From contig CAXXLQ010000004.1 of NCBI GenBank assembly GCA_963668695.2, positions 1,568,001 through 1,632,000 on the forward strand: a DNA stretch of 64,000 nucleotides, in the 5' to 3' direction. This document shows positions 19,139 through 29,256 of the stretch, piece by piece. A program made the position numbers and the translations under genes. The notes under the pieces were generated by a model. It had not been told where the DNA came from and did not search any database. It worked only from the letters and a program-made list of their open reading frames with translations. The DNA is from Vicinamibacteria bacterium (GTDB lineage Bacteria > Acidobacteriota > Vicinamibacteria > Marinacidobacterales > Marinacidobacteraceae). Each line of letters begins with the position of its first letter. Positions within the stretch are counted from its first letter, which is position 1.

Positions 19139-20398
19139 ATGGACCGCCATCGCGCGCTGACGCTGGCGGAGGGCGCCCGCGGCGAACTGCTCGCGCTCCT
19201 CGAGGCGCTGATCGCGGCGCCGAGCCCGTACGGCAGTTCCGCCGGAGAGGCGCAGACCCGCCTGGAGGGGTACCTGGAGCAGAACGGCTTCGCGGTCGAG
19301 ACCACGGAAGATTCCGCCGAAGCGCAGCGCGCTCATCCGGAGTTCAGCCCGCCCCCGCCGGCGGCCGAAGCTCCCGTGAACCTGGTCGCCACGCCCGCGG
19401 ACCCCGCGGGCCTCACGTTCTTCGCGCACGTGGATACCGAGGCCGTCACGGACGGTTGGTCCTCGCCGCCCTGCGAGGCAACCTTGTGGAACGGACGCGT
19501 TCATGGGCTCGGAGCCGCGGACGACAAGGGGGGTCTCGCGGCGGCGGCGGTGGCGGCGGCGCTCCTGCGGCGGCACTGCGGCCGGGCGCCGCTGCTTGCC
19601 AGCGTTCACGGAAAGGGGGGCGGGGCGCGCGGCACCCTTCCGGTCCTTGCCCGGATGTTGGCCCGGATGCTGGCCCGGATGCCGGAGGCGGGAGACTGCC
19701 TCTACGTGCATCCGCCCGAGAACGGCGCGGGCCTTGCCATCCTGAAGAACGCGAGCCGGGGCGTGCTCGATGTGGCCCTCCGGGTCACCGGCTGGTCCGG
19801 GCGGCCCCGGGAGATCGGAACCCCACAAAGCGTCCCGTTCGGGGAAGGCGGCAGCGCGCTCGATGGCTGCCTGCGGTTGGTCGAGACCCTCCGCCAGGGG
19901 GAACTCGCGGACTGCGAACTCAACCTCGGACGAGTGGTCGCCGGGGAGGCCGCCGGCCTGACGCCCGTGCGCTGCGATGCCGGGCTGCGGGTGCTGTTCC
20001 GCGGCGACCGCAGGGCCGCGGACGTGCTGGCCGCCATCCATCGTGCCGCCGCGAATCCCGCGCGTCCCGCGGCCGGCTCCGGCGAAGCGTTTCGCTTCGA
20101 GATCGCAGCGCCGGGGATTCGCGCGAATCCCGCCGAGACCCGCTGGAAGAGCGGTTTCGCAGTCCAGCTCCAGACGGCGGTCGCCGAGATCACCGGGCAG
20201 GAACCGGTCGCCTACGCCGAGCACCTGGCGAGCGACATCCGCTTCCCGATCCGCATCGGCGGGGTGTCCTCGGTCGGGGTCGGCTCCCTCGCCGGGAATT
20301 TCTACGGCCCCGACGAATGGGTGGATCTCGACGACCTGGTGCGCCTGGTGGCGGTGCTGGTGCTCTTTGGCGCGCACTGGACGGAAAGCGGCACCTAA
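19139..20398 (+). CDS. M20/ArgE-like amidohydrolase
   Basis: FAHVDT, GRVHGLGAADDKGG, GPDEWV; some metal ligands appear degenerate. Confidence 0.75.
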   Translation: MDRHRALTLAEGARGELLALLEALIAAPSPYGSSAGEAQTRLEGYLEQNGFAVETTEDSAEAQRAHPEFSPPPPAAEAPVNLVATPADPAGLTFFAHVDTEAVTDGWSSPPCEATLWNGRVHGLGAADDKGGLAAAAVAAALLRRHCGRAPLLASVHGKGGGARGTLPVLARMLARMLARMPEAGDCLYVHPPENGAGLAILKNASRGVLDVALRVTGWSGRPREIGTPQSVPFGEGGSALDGCLRLVETLRQGELADCELNLGRVVAGEAAGLTPVRCDAGLRVLFRGDRRAADVLAAIHRAAANPARPAAGSGEAFRFEIAAPGIRANPAETRWKSGFAVQLQTAVAEITGQEPVAYAEHLASDIRFPIRIGGVSSVGVGSLAGNFYGPDEWVDLDDLVRLVAVLVLFGAHWTESGT

Positions 20399-20684
20399 CA
20401 GCCTGTGGCAAAACCCACGCGGCGTTCGAGCGGCGATCCATCCCGCCAAACAGCCTGTGGTGGAACCCAGGCGGCGTTCGGCCGGCGATCCATCCCGGCT
20501 GAACCGCGTCGCTGCGCGCCGCTCATCGTTGCGTTTCGGTCGAAATACACCCGGGCCAGTTCTCCCGGTGGGGGCTCCTCCCTCACGCGCCTTGTCAGCC
20601 GGACCCCCACCGGGAGAACTGGGCCTCGCCCCCACCGGGAGAACTGGCCGCTCTCGGCGCTCACCCGGGTTCCACCACAGGCTG
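20399..20684. mobile_element. MITE-like repeat, copy 2
   Basis: CTAA|CAGCCTGTGGCAAAACCC ... GGGTTCCACCACAGGCTG|TTAA; both flanks contain the stop codons of the convergent neighbours. Confidence 0.85.
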
Positions 20685-21515
20685 TTAATCCCGACGCGTC
20701 GCCACCAGGAAGAGACGCCGGAACGGATAGACGGTGTAGCCGTCGGCGCGGCGCGGGTACGCCGCGCGCAAGCGCTCGCGGTACACCTCGAGGAAGCGCT
20801 CGAGGTCGGCGCCGTCCAGTCCGTTCAGGACCGGCCGGAGCCCCGTCGCCCGGACCCATTCGAGCACGGCGTCTTCGCCTTCGAGCCGGTGGAAGTACTC
20901 GGTCTCCCAGATGTCGAGCGTCGCCGCCTGGGGCGCGAGCAGGTCGTAGTACGCACCCCAATCGAGTACCCACTCGCGCGCGGCGGCAGCCGCGAGTGCC
21001 TCGTCGCCCAGCGGCGAGCCGCCTACGCCGCCGTTCGCCAGGGTCTCGCACATCAACACGTGGGACGGTTGGGAGTGACTGAGCGGCATCTGCACCGCGA
21101 GGCAACCGCGGGGGGCGAGATAGCCGAGCAGCCTGGGAAATAGCGTCGGGTGATGCTGGAGCCAGTGCAGGACGGCATTGGAGTAGATGAGTTGCGGTGC
21201 GTACTCGGGTTCCCAGTCCGCGATGTCGGCCCGGACCCACTCGCTGCGGCCCGGTTCTGCGGAGGCTTTGGCCAGCATCTCCGGGGAACTGTCGAGACCG
21301 ATCACGCGGGCGGTGGGGAACCGTTCCGCGATGATCCGGGTGACGGCCCCGGTGCCGCATCCGAGGTCGTAGACGAGCGACGCATCGGTGACCGGCACCC
21401 GGTGCAGGAGCTCAAGCGCCGGGCGAAACCGGTGGTCGCCGAACCTCTGGTACTGGTCCGGGTCCCAGGCGGCGCCCCTGGGTCGGAAGCGCCGGGACTC
21501 GCGCGTCGGGTCCAT
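20685..21515 (-). CDS. tam: Trans-aconitate 2-methyltransferase-like SAM methyltransferase
   Basis: WDPDQYQRF..HRFRPALELL, DLGCGTG, SNAVLHW, LAVQMP, PFRRLFLVA. Confidence 0.88.
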   Translation of the reverse strand: MDPTRESRRFRPRGAAWDPDQYQRFGDHRFRPALELLHRVPVTDASLVYDLGCGTGAVTRIIAERFPTARVIGLDSSPEMLAKASAEPGRSEWVRADIADWEPEYAPQLIYSNAVLHWLQHHPTLFPRLLGYLAPRGCLAVQMPLSHSQPSHVLMCETLANGGVGGSPLGDEALAAAAAREWVLDWGAYYDLLAPQAATLDIWETEYFHRLEGEDAVLEWVRATGLRPVLNGLDGADLERFLEVYRERLRAAYPRRADGYTVYPFRRLFLVATRRD

Positions 21516-22064
21516 CGGCCCCATCGGCCGAGAACACTCCCCGGCCGGCGAGCCTCGGCGGCGGAACGGTTGTGCGTACCCCGCTCGGTCGAACACCACG
21601 TAGAGCGCCCCGCTCCCGCCGTCCTCGCGGCGCGCCTCGCCCCAAGTGGCGACCAGTTCGGGCTTCCAACCGGCGAGCCATTCGGGGACCCGCGGCGCCA
21701 ACACCGCCCGGCCCTCGGGGGAGCGGTATCCCTTGCCGTGGATCACCATCACGAAACGGTCTCCCGCCGCCCGGCGCGCCCTCAGGAAGCTCTCCAGCAG
21801 ATGGCGCGCTTCCTCCTGCGTCCTCTGGCGCAGCGAGACGGTGGAGTCGTCGCGCACCCGCCGCTTGCCGCTCTGGAGTTCCCGGAGCAGGGTGAACGGC
21901 GACGGGAGTCCGGAAGCCGAGGGCAGGTCCCGGACGGCGCCGAGGAGTTCCGGCGGCGTCTCGGCGACCGCCTGGGTGAACTCGGCCCGATCCCGCTCCG
22001 TCAGTCGGGGAGCCTCGGGCATCCTGAGCTGGGGTGGCTTCCGGCTACGGGACGGATCAGGCAT
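21516..22064 (-). CDS. Smr/MutS2 domain protein, in frame with tam with no stop between them
   Basis: VIHGKGYRS, VLAPRVPEWL, DGGSGALYV Smr motifs. Confidence 0.8.
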
Positions 22065-22150
22065 GAAGGTTTCTGGTGAGCAGCCTGTTTGTGGGGGCGG
22101 AACACGCCGCATACACTCGGGTTCGGCCGCTCTTGAGGGAGGTACCCCCG

Positions 22151-22294
22151 ATGACGATACCGAAGACCCCTGCATTCCGCACGGGCTGTTTGCTGGCTCT
22201 CCTCTTCACTTTGGGCGGCTGTATTGCGAGTAGTCCGAGGACACCCTGCCCGAACAATCCGGTTCCCATGATGACGGAGGCACCCCCCCGATGA
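22151..22294 (+). pseudogene. Duplicated 5' end (RBS + lipoprotein signal peptide) of the downstream M24 gene; 47-aa ORF
   Basis: ggagg...ATGACGATACCGAAGACCCCTGCATTCCGCACGGGCTGTT is identical at 22151 and 22291. Confidence 0.7.
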
Positions 22295-23715
22295 CGATAC
22301 CGAAGACCCCTGCATTCCGCACGGGCTGTTGGCTGGCGCTCGCTTTCGCCCTGAGCGGTTGCACGATGGATTCCGGATCGTCGGACCCAGCGGCTCCGGA
22401 TGCTGCCGACTACGGGATCCCGGACTCCAGGGAGCGGTTCGCAATCCAGCGCGACGCCATCGCCGAGAAGCTCCAGACAGTGCTCCTCCCCGCGATGCGC
22501 AACCACGGGATCGACATGTGGATCGTCCTGGACCGGGAGAACAACGAAGAGCCGCTCCACGTCGAACTCGGGGGCGGGTTCGCGGGAGTGCGCGGCGCGT
22601 TCATCTTCCATGACAACGGCTCGGATACCGTCGAGAAGCTCTACTACAGCTCCCACGAACAACCGGCGAACTCGGTCATCAGCCAGGTCTATGACGAGAC
22701 GATCTACTACGGATACAGCCGGGAAGGGCTCACCCCGCACATCCGGAAGGCCATCGAGGACCGGGACCCGCAGACGATCGGGGTCAACACCTCGCACACC
22801 CTTCCCGAAGCGGACGGGCTGACGGTCGGCCTCCGAAAGTTCCTGGTGGATGCGATCGGGCCCGAGTACGCGAGCCGGATCGTCTCGGCCGAGCTGTTGG
22901 TGCGCGACTTCCGGCTCCAGCGCACACCCGCCGAAACCGCCATCTACACCGACCTGCTCGCTTGGTCGGCCCGCTGGATGGAGGAGGCGCTCTCCACCGA
23001 AAACATCGTCACCGGCGTCACCACCGCGGAAGACGTCTCCTGGTGGCTGCTGGACCGGGCACTCGAGTTGGGGCTCACCGGCGGGGGCACCGTCCGGGTG
23101 GTACGGGAAGGAGAACTGCTCCCCATCCACGATCCGGACATCGCGCTCGAACCCGGAGACATCGTGGGGATCGACGGCGGGCTCCGCTATCTCCACTACG
23201 CGATCGACATCAAGCGCACCGCCTACATCCTGAAGCCCGGCGAGACCGCGATGCCGGAGAGCCTTCAGGAAGTCTGGCGGACCACTCACGAGGTCGGCGA
23301 TTTCTACGCGAGCATGATGGTGCCGGGCGCCGTCGGTTTCGAAACCTGGTCGGCCATCAATGCCGAGATGGAAAAGCGCGGCTACCGCGCGACCGGCCCT
23401 GACGCGGGCGGCGATGCGACCACCACCAGCGAGCCGGAAGTGGGGGTGTACGGCCACTCGGTCGGCAACGTGGCCCATGACATCGGCGCGCGGATTGCGG
23501 CCGACATCCCGTTCGCCTACGGGGACCGGGTCCGCTTCCCGCTCCAGGCGAACGAGTGGGTCTCCATCGAGTTCCACGCGAGCATCCCGGTTCCCGAATG
23601 GGACGGCAAGACCTGGTACGCGCGGTTCGAGGAGACGGCGCAGATCACCGAGGAGGGGGTGAAGTGGCTCATTCCGACGCAGAAGGAACTGTTCCTGATC
23701 GAACCCGCGCCCTGA
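22291..23715 (+). CDS. M24 (Xaa-Pro peptidase-like) lipoprotein, paralog 1
   Basis: Lipobox LSGC; metal ligands D (GID), D (IDIKRT), H (GHSVG), E (SIEF), E (RFEE). Confidence 0.88.
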   Translation: MTIPKTPAFRTGCWLALAFALSGCTMDSGSSDPAAPDAADYGIPDSRERFAIQRDAIAEKLQTVLLPAMRNHGIDMWIVLDRENNEEPLHVELGGGFAGVRGAFIFHDNGSDTVEKLYYSSHEQPANSVISQVYDETIYYGYSREGLTPHIRKAIEDRDPQTIGVNTSHTLPEADGLTVGLRKFLVDAIGPEYASRIVSAELLVRDFRLQRTPAETAIYTDLLAWSARWMEEALSTENIVTGVTTAEDVSWWLLDRALELGLTGGGTVRVVREGELLPIHDPDIALEPGDIVGIDGGLRYLHYAIDIKRTAYILKPGETAMPESLQEVWRTTHEVGDFYASMMVPGAVGFETWSAINAEMEKRGYRATGPDAGGDATTTSEPEVGVYGHSVGNVAHDIGARIAADIPFAYGDRVRFPLQANEWVSIEFHASIPVPEWDGKTWYARFEETAQITEEGVKWLIPTQKELFLIEPAP

Positions 23716-25112
23716 TCGCGGGAACGACCGCCGTTTGGGGCCTGGTGCTCCTGCTCCCGGGCTGTGCCGCGCCCCCACCCGCCGAGATGAATCCGTATGG
23801 GGTTCCTTCGGAGCGGGAACAGTGGGAACTCAAGCGCACGATCGTGCAGAAGAAACTCGACGAAGCGCTGCCACCGGCCATGCGGGCCCACGACATCGAC
23901 ATGTGGATCGTGATGGACCGGGAGAACAACGAGGAGCCGCTCCACGACGAGGTGGGGGGTGGATATCCGGGGGTCCGCGGCGTGTATCTCTTCTTCGACC
24001 GGGGAGAGGAAGGCATCGAGAAGCTCTTCTTCGGATCCCACGTGCAGCCGAACACGGCCATCGTTCCCTGGCTCTACGACGCTACGACCTACTACGGCTA
24101 CCACCCGGAGGGGGTGGCGCCGCTCCTCCGGGACGCCGTGGCCGAGCGCGATCCGCAGCGGATCGGGGTGAACCGCTCCTACACGCTGCCCGAAGCCGAC
24201 GGGCTCACCGTGGGTCTCCTGGAGTACATCGAGAACGCGATCGGTCTCGAGTATTCGTCCCGGATCGTCTCCGCGGAGCTGCTGGTGCGCGATTTCCGGC
24301 TGCACAAGGTGCCGGAAGAGGTCGAGGTGTTCACCCAGCTACTGGAGTGGAGCGACCGCTGGATGAAGGAGGGTTTCGACATGGTCGTGCCCGGCGAGAC
24401 CACTGCTGCCGATCTCTTCTGGTGGATGGAGCAGCGGGCCAGGGACGTGGGGCTCGAAACCGGCCAGAGCGGATCCAACGTCGCCCGGATCGTCCGCGAG
24501 GGAGAGCAACTGCCGCTCGCCAGCGCCCACGCGATCGGGCCCGGCGACATCGTCGGCATCGACAGCGGGCTCAAGTATCTCGGCTACGAGACCGACATGA
24601 AGCGCACCATCTACGTCCTGCGCGAGGGAGAGACCGAGCCGCCGCAAAGCGTCCGGGACGCCTGGCAGGAGACGCTCGGGGTGGCCGACATCTACGTCGA
24701 GGAAATGATCCCGGGCCGTACCGGGACCGAAGTTTGGGCCGCCATCGTCGAGCGGGTTCAGGACCGCGGTTACCGGGTTGTGGGGCCGGACGCCGGCGGG
24801 GTCGCCGCCACCGACACCCGGCCGGAGATCGGCATCTACGGCCACTCGGTCGGCAACAACTCGCACGACATCGGGGCGCGGGTCGCGGAGGACTTCCCGC
24901 TCGCCTACGGGCAGCGGGTGCGGTTTCCCCTCGTTGAGGGCGAGTTCGTCTCGGTGGAGTTCCATCTGAGCACGCCGATCGCCGAGTGGGGCGGCACGAC
25001 CTGGTACTCCCGTTTCGAGGAAAACGCCCAGCAGGCCGCGGCCGGCGTGAACTGGCTGATTCCCCGCCAGGAGAGCCTGCTGCTGGTGGCCCCCGAGGGC
25101 GGACTTCGGTAA
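23712..25112 (+). CDS. M24 peptidase lipoprotein, paralog 2
   Basis: Homologous to paralog 1 with the same ligands; lipobox LPGC. Start uncertain; a CTG overlaps the upstream TGA. Confidence 0.85.
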   Translation: MIAGTTAVWGLVLLLPGCAAPPPAEMNPYGVPSEREQWELKRTIVQKKLDEALPPAMRAHDIDMWIVMDRENNEEPLHDEVGGGYPGVRGVYLFFDRGEEGIEKLFFGSHVQPNTAIVPWLYDATTYYGYHPEGVAPLLRDAVAERDPQRIGVNRSYTLPEADGLTVGLLEYIENAIGLEYSSRIVSAELLVRDFRLHKVPEEVEVFTQLLEWSDRWMKEGFDMVVPGETTAADLFWWMEQRARDVGLETGQSGSNVARIVREGEQLPLASAHAIGPGDIVGIDSGLKYLGYETDMKRTIYVLREGETEPPQSVRDAWQETLGVADIYVEEMIPGRTGTEVWAAIVERVQDRGYRVVGPDAGGVAATDTRPEIGIYGHSVGNNSHDIGARVAEDFPLAYGQRVRFPLVEGEFVSVEFHLSTPIAEWGGTTWYSRFEENAQQAAAGVNWLIPRQESLLLVAPEGGLR

Positions 25113-25480
25113 GGGAATCGACCTCGCGCCAGCATCATCCCAGTCGACAGGTGAGAGCCTTGGGACGCGGAACAGCGCTCTTCGCGGGGATGGTGCCGCC
25201 GGCAAAAGAACGCCGACCGCTGGTCGGCATTGCCCGCCGTAGGCGGGCGAAGCGCGTGGAGCCGGTGCCCGTTACGGTGCCTGCCCCATCCCTACGAAAC
25301 GCGATTCTTGTGAGACATGAGGATAGCCTTGCTCATCCGGGACAGGAGACGGCCGTAGAGTGGCGGTTGGGTGACACCAACGCTTACGCACCAGGATGGG
25401 CACCAAGCCACGCCCGCTGTTCATCGCGCGCATCGTGATGGATACTCGCGACGCCGCGCAACAGCGGCGCGGTCGGGCGA

Positions 25481-26738
25481 TCAGTGGATCCTGCAGAGGA
25501 CCGGCTGCCTCGCCGAGGGCGGGATGCTCAACAGCGGTCGCAGCGCCGACGGCATCCCGCCGGGCGGGTCCAGCCACAGCGGACTGTCCTCGGTATCCCA
25601 GCAGCCGGGGATATCGTGCCCGTAGTAATCGTCCCGACCGAAGTCAATCTCGATGCCAGGCATGCAGTAGCTCATGAGGTCGGGACCGTCACAGACATGA
25701 GGGCCAGAGGCTCGGTGGGGCGCACAATCCAGAACGGCGCCGAGATTGTGGAACAACTCGTGCGCAATTAGGAGAGGGTCGCCAATTCCAAAATTCTTGG
25801 GGCCGAGAAGCAGAACCGTAGACCTGCCAGGCGCGTCGGCTCCGCCCACCTCCGCGTACCCCGCACCCGACCCGAAGTCGGTTGACTCGTCCTCGATGCT
25901 ATGACCAAAGAAGACGACGTACACCTTGTCTCCCGCAATGTCGATGCCGACGTCGAGGCTGGGACCGCATCTTGTTACGTGGTTGCATCGCCGAAACCAC
26001 TCTTCGGTATGTTCGCTTCGTACGAAAGTTACGTCTGGTTCGCCGTCGTAGGTGTCCACCCGCAGCCGCCGACCTGTTTGTGCGGCTATCAGGTCAACCG
26101 TCATTTGCATCGTGTCGGCGATCCAACCGTTGATGTCCAGTTCCTGGTCCACCCCGTCACTGGCAACCATATAGATCGGATGGAATTGCCAGCCTGACAC
26201 CTCGTCGGGACGATCCACCAGCGACCGTTCTTGACGAATTCCACGCTCCTTCACGATCAAGTCCAGTGCCGCTGTGCGTCCGTCGTAGCTGGCGGTAATC
26301 CTTGTTTTCCCCTCGGCGAGCGCCTCCACCAGCAGGAACCACCTCTCCGAACGGGAGGAATGGATATCCATAGATCGGGCCACTCCTTGATCAGATACCG
26401 TCCACTGCGCTTCAACGGATCCGCCTGAGCCGTCGATTCGGGCCTCAAGCTCAAAAGTGTCGCCCACCCACATTTCTTCCTCGTCCGCCGCGCGCACGGT
26501 CGAGCCGAAGCTGGTGGTATTGGCCAAAGTCCTGAAGATCACGATTTCCGGCGGCGGAGGTCGGGCCATCGGAGCCTCCGGGACGGTCGGAGCCTCCGGG
26601 ACGGTCGGAGCCTCACTTCCGCCGCACGCTACGTACGCGACCGCGGCGACCGTGCCAAGGGCCGCTCGGGCCCTACCAGCAGCCTGGGCAAGAAGTCGCT
26701 TTGGACGATTGCCGTCAATGATCTGAGCTCGCAGCATG
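25481..26738 (-). CDS. Putative lipoprotein with Ig-like domain and zinc-metalloprotease motif
   Basis: YVACGGS lipobox-like; W..SD..VA...G.T.ITASY.G Big_2-like segment; AHELFHNLG (HExxH) with downstream H and DLM. Start uncertain. Confidence 0.7.
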
Positions 26739-26894
26739 GTGTTTATGGCCATAGGGAGAAGGATGGTGCTCGGTTCTTCGTGGCCAGTCTGTTGTTTGGG
26801 GTGGTCGGACAACTATGACTGAGCCATGAAATGCGTCGGTCACGATTCGACGAAGTAGGGTCAAGTGGCGGAGGGCTTCGACCTCAGTCGTGGG

Positions 26895-27062
26895 AGCGGA
26901 TGAGCAGGAGTTCCGTCTGCCTCGGGATCAGTTCTTCGAGTTCCTTCGCTAAGGACTGTCAGGAATTCCGTGTGTAGGACGGAGACTTTGAAAACTGCGT
27001 TGGTTTTGGCTTCCCGGGATTGCCCTTCCACCAGCGGAAACCGCACCCGATCGGATCTGGTC
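26895..27062 (-). pseudogene. Decayed copy of the 3' end of M24 paralog 3
   Basis: cccttccaccagcggaaaccgcacccgatcg matches about 29774-29803; ggatgagcaggagtt..gtctg.ctcgggatcagttcttcgagt matches about 29626-29669. Confidence 0.75.
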
Positions 27063-27069
27063 AGCCAGA

Positions 27070-27294
27070 GGCTGCGTGGTGGGAGCCCGGACGGATATCG
27101 AGCTCTTCTGAGGTAGCCGTGTCGTGGATCCGCTCCGGCGAGTGCTCGCGCGAGCCCGGGACAACGCGGAAGATCTACTAGTCGCGGACCTCGACGCGGA
27201 ATCTTTGAGCCGCGCGCGTCCAACCTCCCGACAATTCTCCGTGAGACGACCCGAGCTCTGCACCGCCATCGCAGATCCGATTCCGTTTCCCTGA
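27070..27294 (+). pseudogene. Carbon-nitrogen hydrolase (nitrilase-family) 3' fragment
   Basis: F*GSRVVDPLRRVLARARDNAEDLLVADLD...RRPELC, a CN-hydrolase C-terminal pattern with an internal stop and no 5' part. Confidence 0.65.
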
Positions 27295-27530
27295 GGCGCT
27301 CTTGAGTTGTCTCAAGTGCTCCCGAAGTCGGTTGATCGAGTAAGAGTTCAAGAGAGCGGTTCGGATACTCGATGGCCCCGGGCACATTGCCCAGCTCGGC
27401 CTCGTAGGAAGCGAGAAGGTTGAAGACGTGGTGCTCGGCTCCGCGGAGTCGAAGCACCTGCTCGAGAATCTCAACGGCTCGCGCGGGCTCGCCCATCCGA
27501 TGGTACGCCCCGCCGAGGAGCGCCGAGTGC
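27290..27530 (-). pseudogene. TPR protein 3' fragment
   Basis: ALLGGAYHRMGEPARAVEILEQVL / VFNLLASYEAELGNVPGAIEYPNRSLEL; no credible start. Confidence 0.55.
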
Positions 27531-27674
27531 GGAGGTTGCGGAAGTCCCGGATCAGGAGTTCGGCGGATGCCAGTCCGCGCCTTTCGGGCCCCTATACTCG
27601 GAGGCGATGGAGCGTGCGAAGCCTTCCTGTGGTCCACGCGGGCCATCGCGCTGGCCGGGACGGGAGCCGCCACG

Positions 27675-28394
27675 ATGACGGCCACTGCGCTTTCGCGCGT
27701 CCGGGCGCTGGCATTCGACGTGTTCGGCACGGTGGTGGACTGGCGCTCCACGGTGATCCGGGAAGGCGAGGCTCTGGGCCGCGCCAAGGGCCTGCGAGTC
27801 GACTGGGCCGCCTTCGCGGACGACTGGCGAGACGGCTACGGCCCGGCCATGAACCGCGTGCGGAAAGGCGAGCTTCCCTGGAAGACCATCGACGAGCTGC
27901 ACCGGCTGAATCTGGACGACCTGCTGGCCCGTTTCGGCATCGAGGGCCTCAGCGAACCCGAGAAGCACGGCTTCAACCGCGTCTGGCACCGGCTCGACCC
28001 GTGGCCCGACTCGGTGGCGGGCCTTTTGAAACTGAAGGAGAAGTTCACCGTGGCCACCCTGTCGAACGGGAACGTGGCTCTGCTCGTGAACATGGCCAAC
28101 CACGCCGGGCTTCCCTGGGACGCCGTGCTGTCGTCCGAGCTTGCCGGCCACTACAAACCGGACCGGGAGGTTTACCTGAAGGCGGCCAGCCTGCTCGGGC
28201 TGCCGCCGGGCGAGGTCATGATGGTCGCTGCTCACAAGGAAGACCTGAGGGGGGCCGCCGGAGCGGGTCTCTCGACCGCCTTCGTGACGCGGCCGCAGGA
28301 GAGGCCCAACCGCCGGATCGACCTCTCGTACGAGGACTCGTTCGACGTCAACGCCAAGGATTTCCTGGACCTGGCCGCGCAGCTCGGCGCGTAG
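27675..28394 (+). CDS. Haloacid dehalogenase type II
   Basis: FDVFGTVVDW, WHRLDPWPDS, LSNGN, YKPD, MMVAAH.DL. Confidence 0.92.
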   Translation: MTATALSRVRALAFDVFGTVVDWRSTVIREGEALGRAKGLRVDWAAFADDWRDGYGPAMNRVRKGELPWKTIDELHRLNLDDLLARFGIEGLSEPEKHGFNRVWHRLDPWPDSVAGLLKLKEKFTVATLSNGNVALLVNMANHAGLPWDAVLSSELAGHYKPDREVYLKAASLLGLPPGEVMMVAAHKEDLRGAAGAGLSTAFVTRPQERPNRRIDLSYEDSFDVNAKDFLDLAAQLGA

Positions 28395-28414
28395 CGGGCG
28401 AACTCGCTCGCTAA

Positions 28415-28795
28415 CAGCCTGTGGTGAAACCCACGTGAGCGCCGAGACGGGCGAGGCCCAGTTCTCCCGGTGGGGCCAGTCCTCCCGGTGGGGGCCCGGC
28501 TGACAAGGCGCGCGAGGGAGGAGCCCCCACCGGGAGGACTGGCCCGGGTGTATTTCGACCGAAGCGCAACGCAGAGCCCCGCGAAGCGGGGCGGTGAACA
28601 GCCGGCGGTGGAACCCGCGTGAGCGCCGAGGCCGGCGAGGCGCCCGCCTGACAAGGCGCGTGAGGGAGGAGCCCCCACCGGGAGAACTGGCCCGAGTGTA
28701 TTTCGACCGAAACGCAACGATGAGCGGCGCGAAGCGGCGCGGTTCAGGCGGGATGGATCGCCGCTCGAACGCCGCGTGGGTTTCACCACAGGCTG
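28415..28795. mobile_element. MITE-like repeat, copy 3
   Basis: CTAA|CAGCCTGTGGTGAAACCC ... GGGTTTCACCACAGGCTG|TTAA, a perfect 18-bp terminal inverted repeat. Confidence 0.88.
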
Positions 28796-28836
28796 TTAAG
28801 GCCCGACGCCAACTCCGTGAGGCGAAGCGGCTGGAA

Positions 28837-29256
28837 TCAGTCCGATTCGCCAGCCGACCAGTCGTCCAGTTCCAGACCGTTGATTCGGGAGAAGTGTCGG
28901 ATGTTGAGGGTGGCGAGCCGCGCCGGGAGGCAGACGGCGACCGAGGCGATCGCCAGATCCATGTCCTCGATTGGCGTTCCCCGTTGCTGGAGCACGGACT
29001 TCCAACGACCGAATGCGAGCGATGCGGGCTCGCTCCAGTCCACCCAGCGCACCGAAGCGCGGAACCTCTCGAACTCGTGTTCGAGCAGACGCCTCCTCTG
29101 GGAACCGGATTCCAAACGCGCCAGTCCGAAGCGGATTTCCGCCGCGACGGGCGTACACAAGTAAACGCTGGCCGGATCCTCATCGCGCAGGCGGCGGAGG
29201 GCGGCAGGACGGCGATGCATGAACGCCGAGACGGCGCTCGTGTCGAGGAGCAGCAT
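28837..29256 (-). CDS. vapC: VapC PIN-domain toxin
   Basis: LLDTSAVS, AEIRFG, DMDLAIAS, TLNIRHFSRINGLELDDW. Confidence 0.92.
   Translation of the reverse strand: MLLLDTSAVSAFMHRRPAALRRLRDEDPASVYLCTPVAAEIRFGLARLESGSQRRRLLEHEFERFRASVRWVDWSEPASLAFGRWKSVLQQRGTPIEDMDLAIASVAVCLPARLATLNIRHFSRINGLELDDWSAGESD

Noticed and set aside
27108-27110. In-frame TGA as selenocysteine in the nitrilase fragment
   Set aside because: The position corresponds to a non-catalytic Gly/Trp in a truncated relic; a simple nonsense mutation is more likely.
27607-27675. Eroded Tat signal for the HAD enzyme (MER..AFLWST)
   Set aside because: Needs a 2-nt correction to give RRAFL in frame; too speculative without reads.
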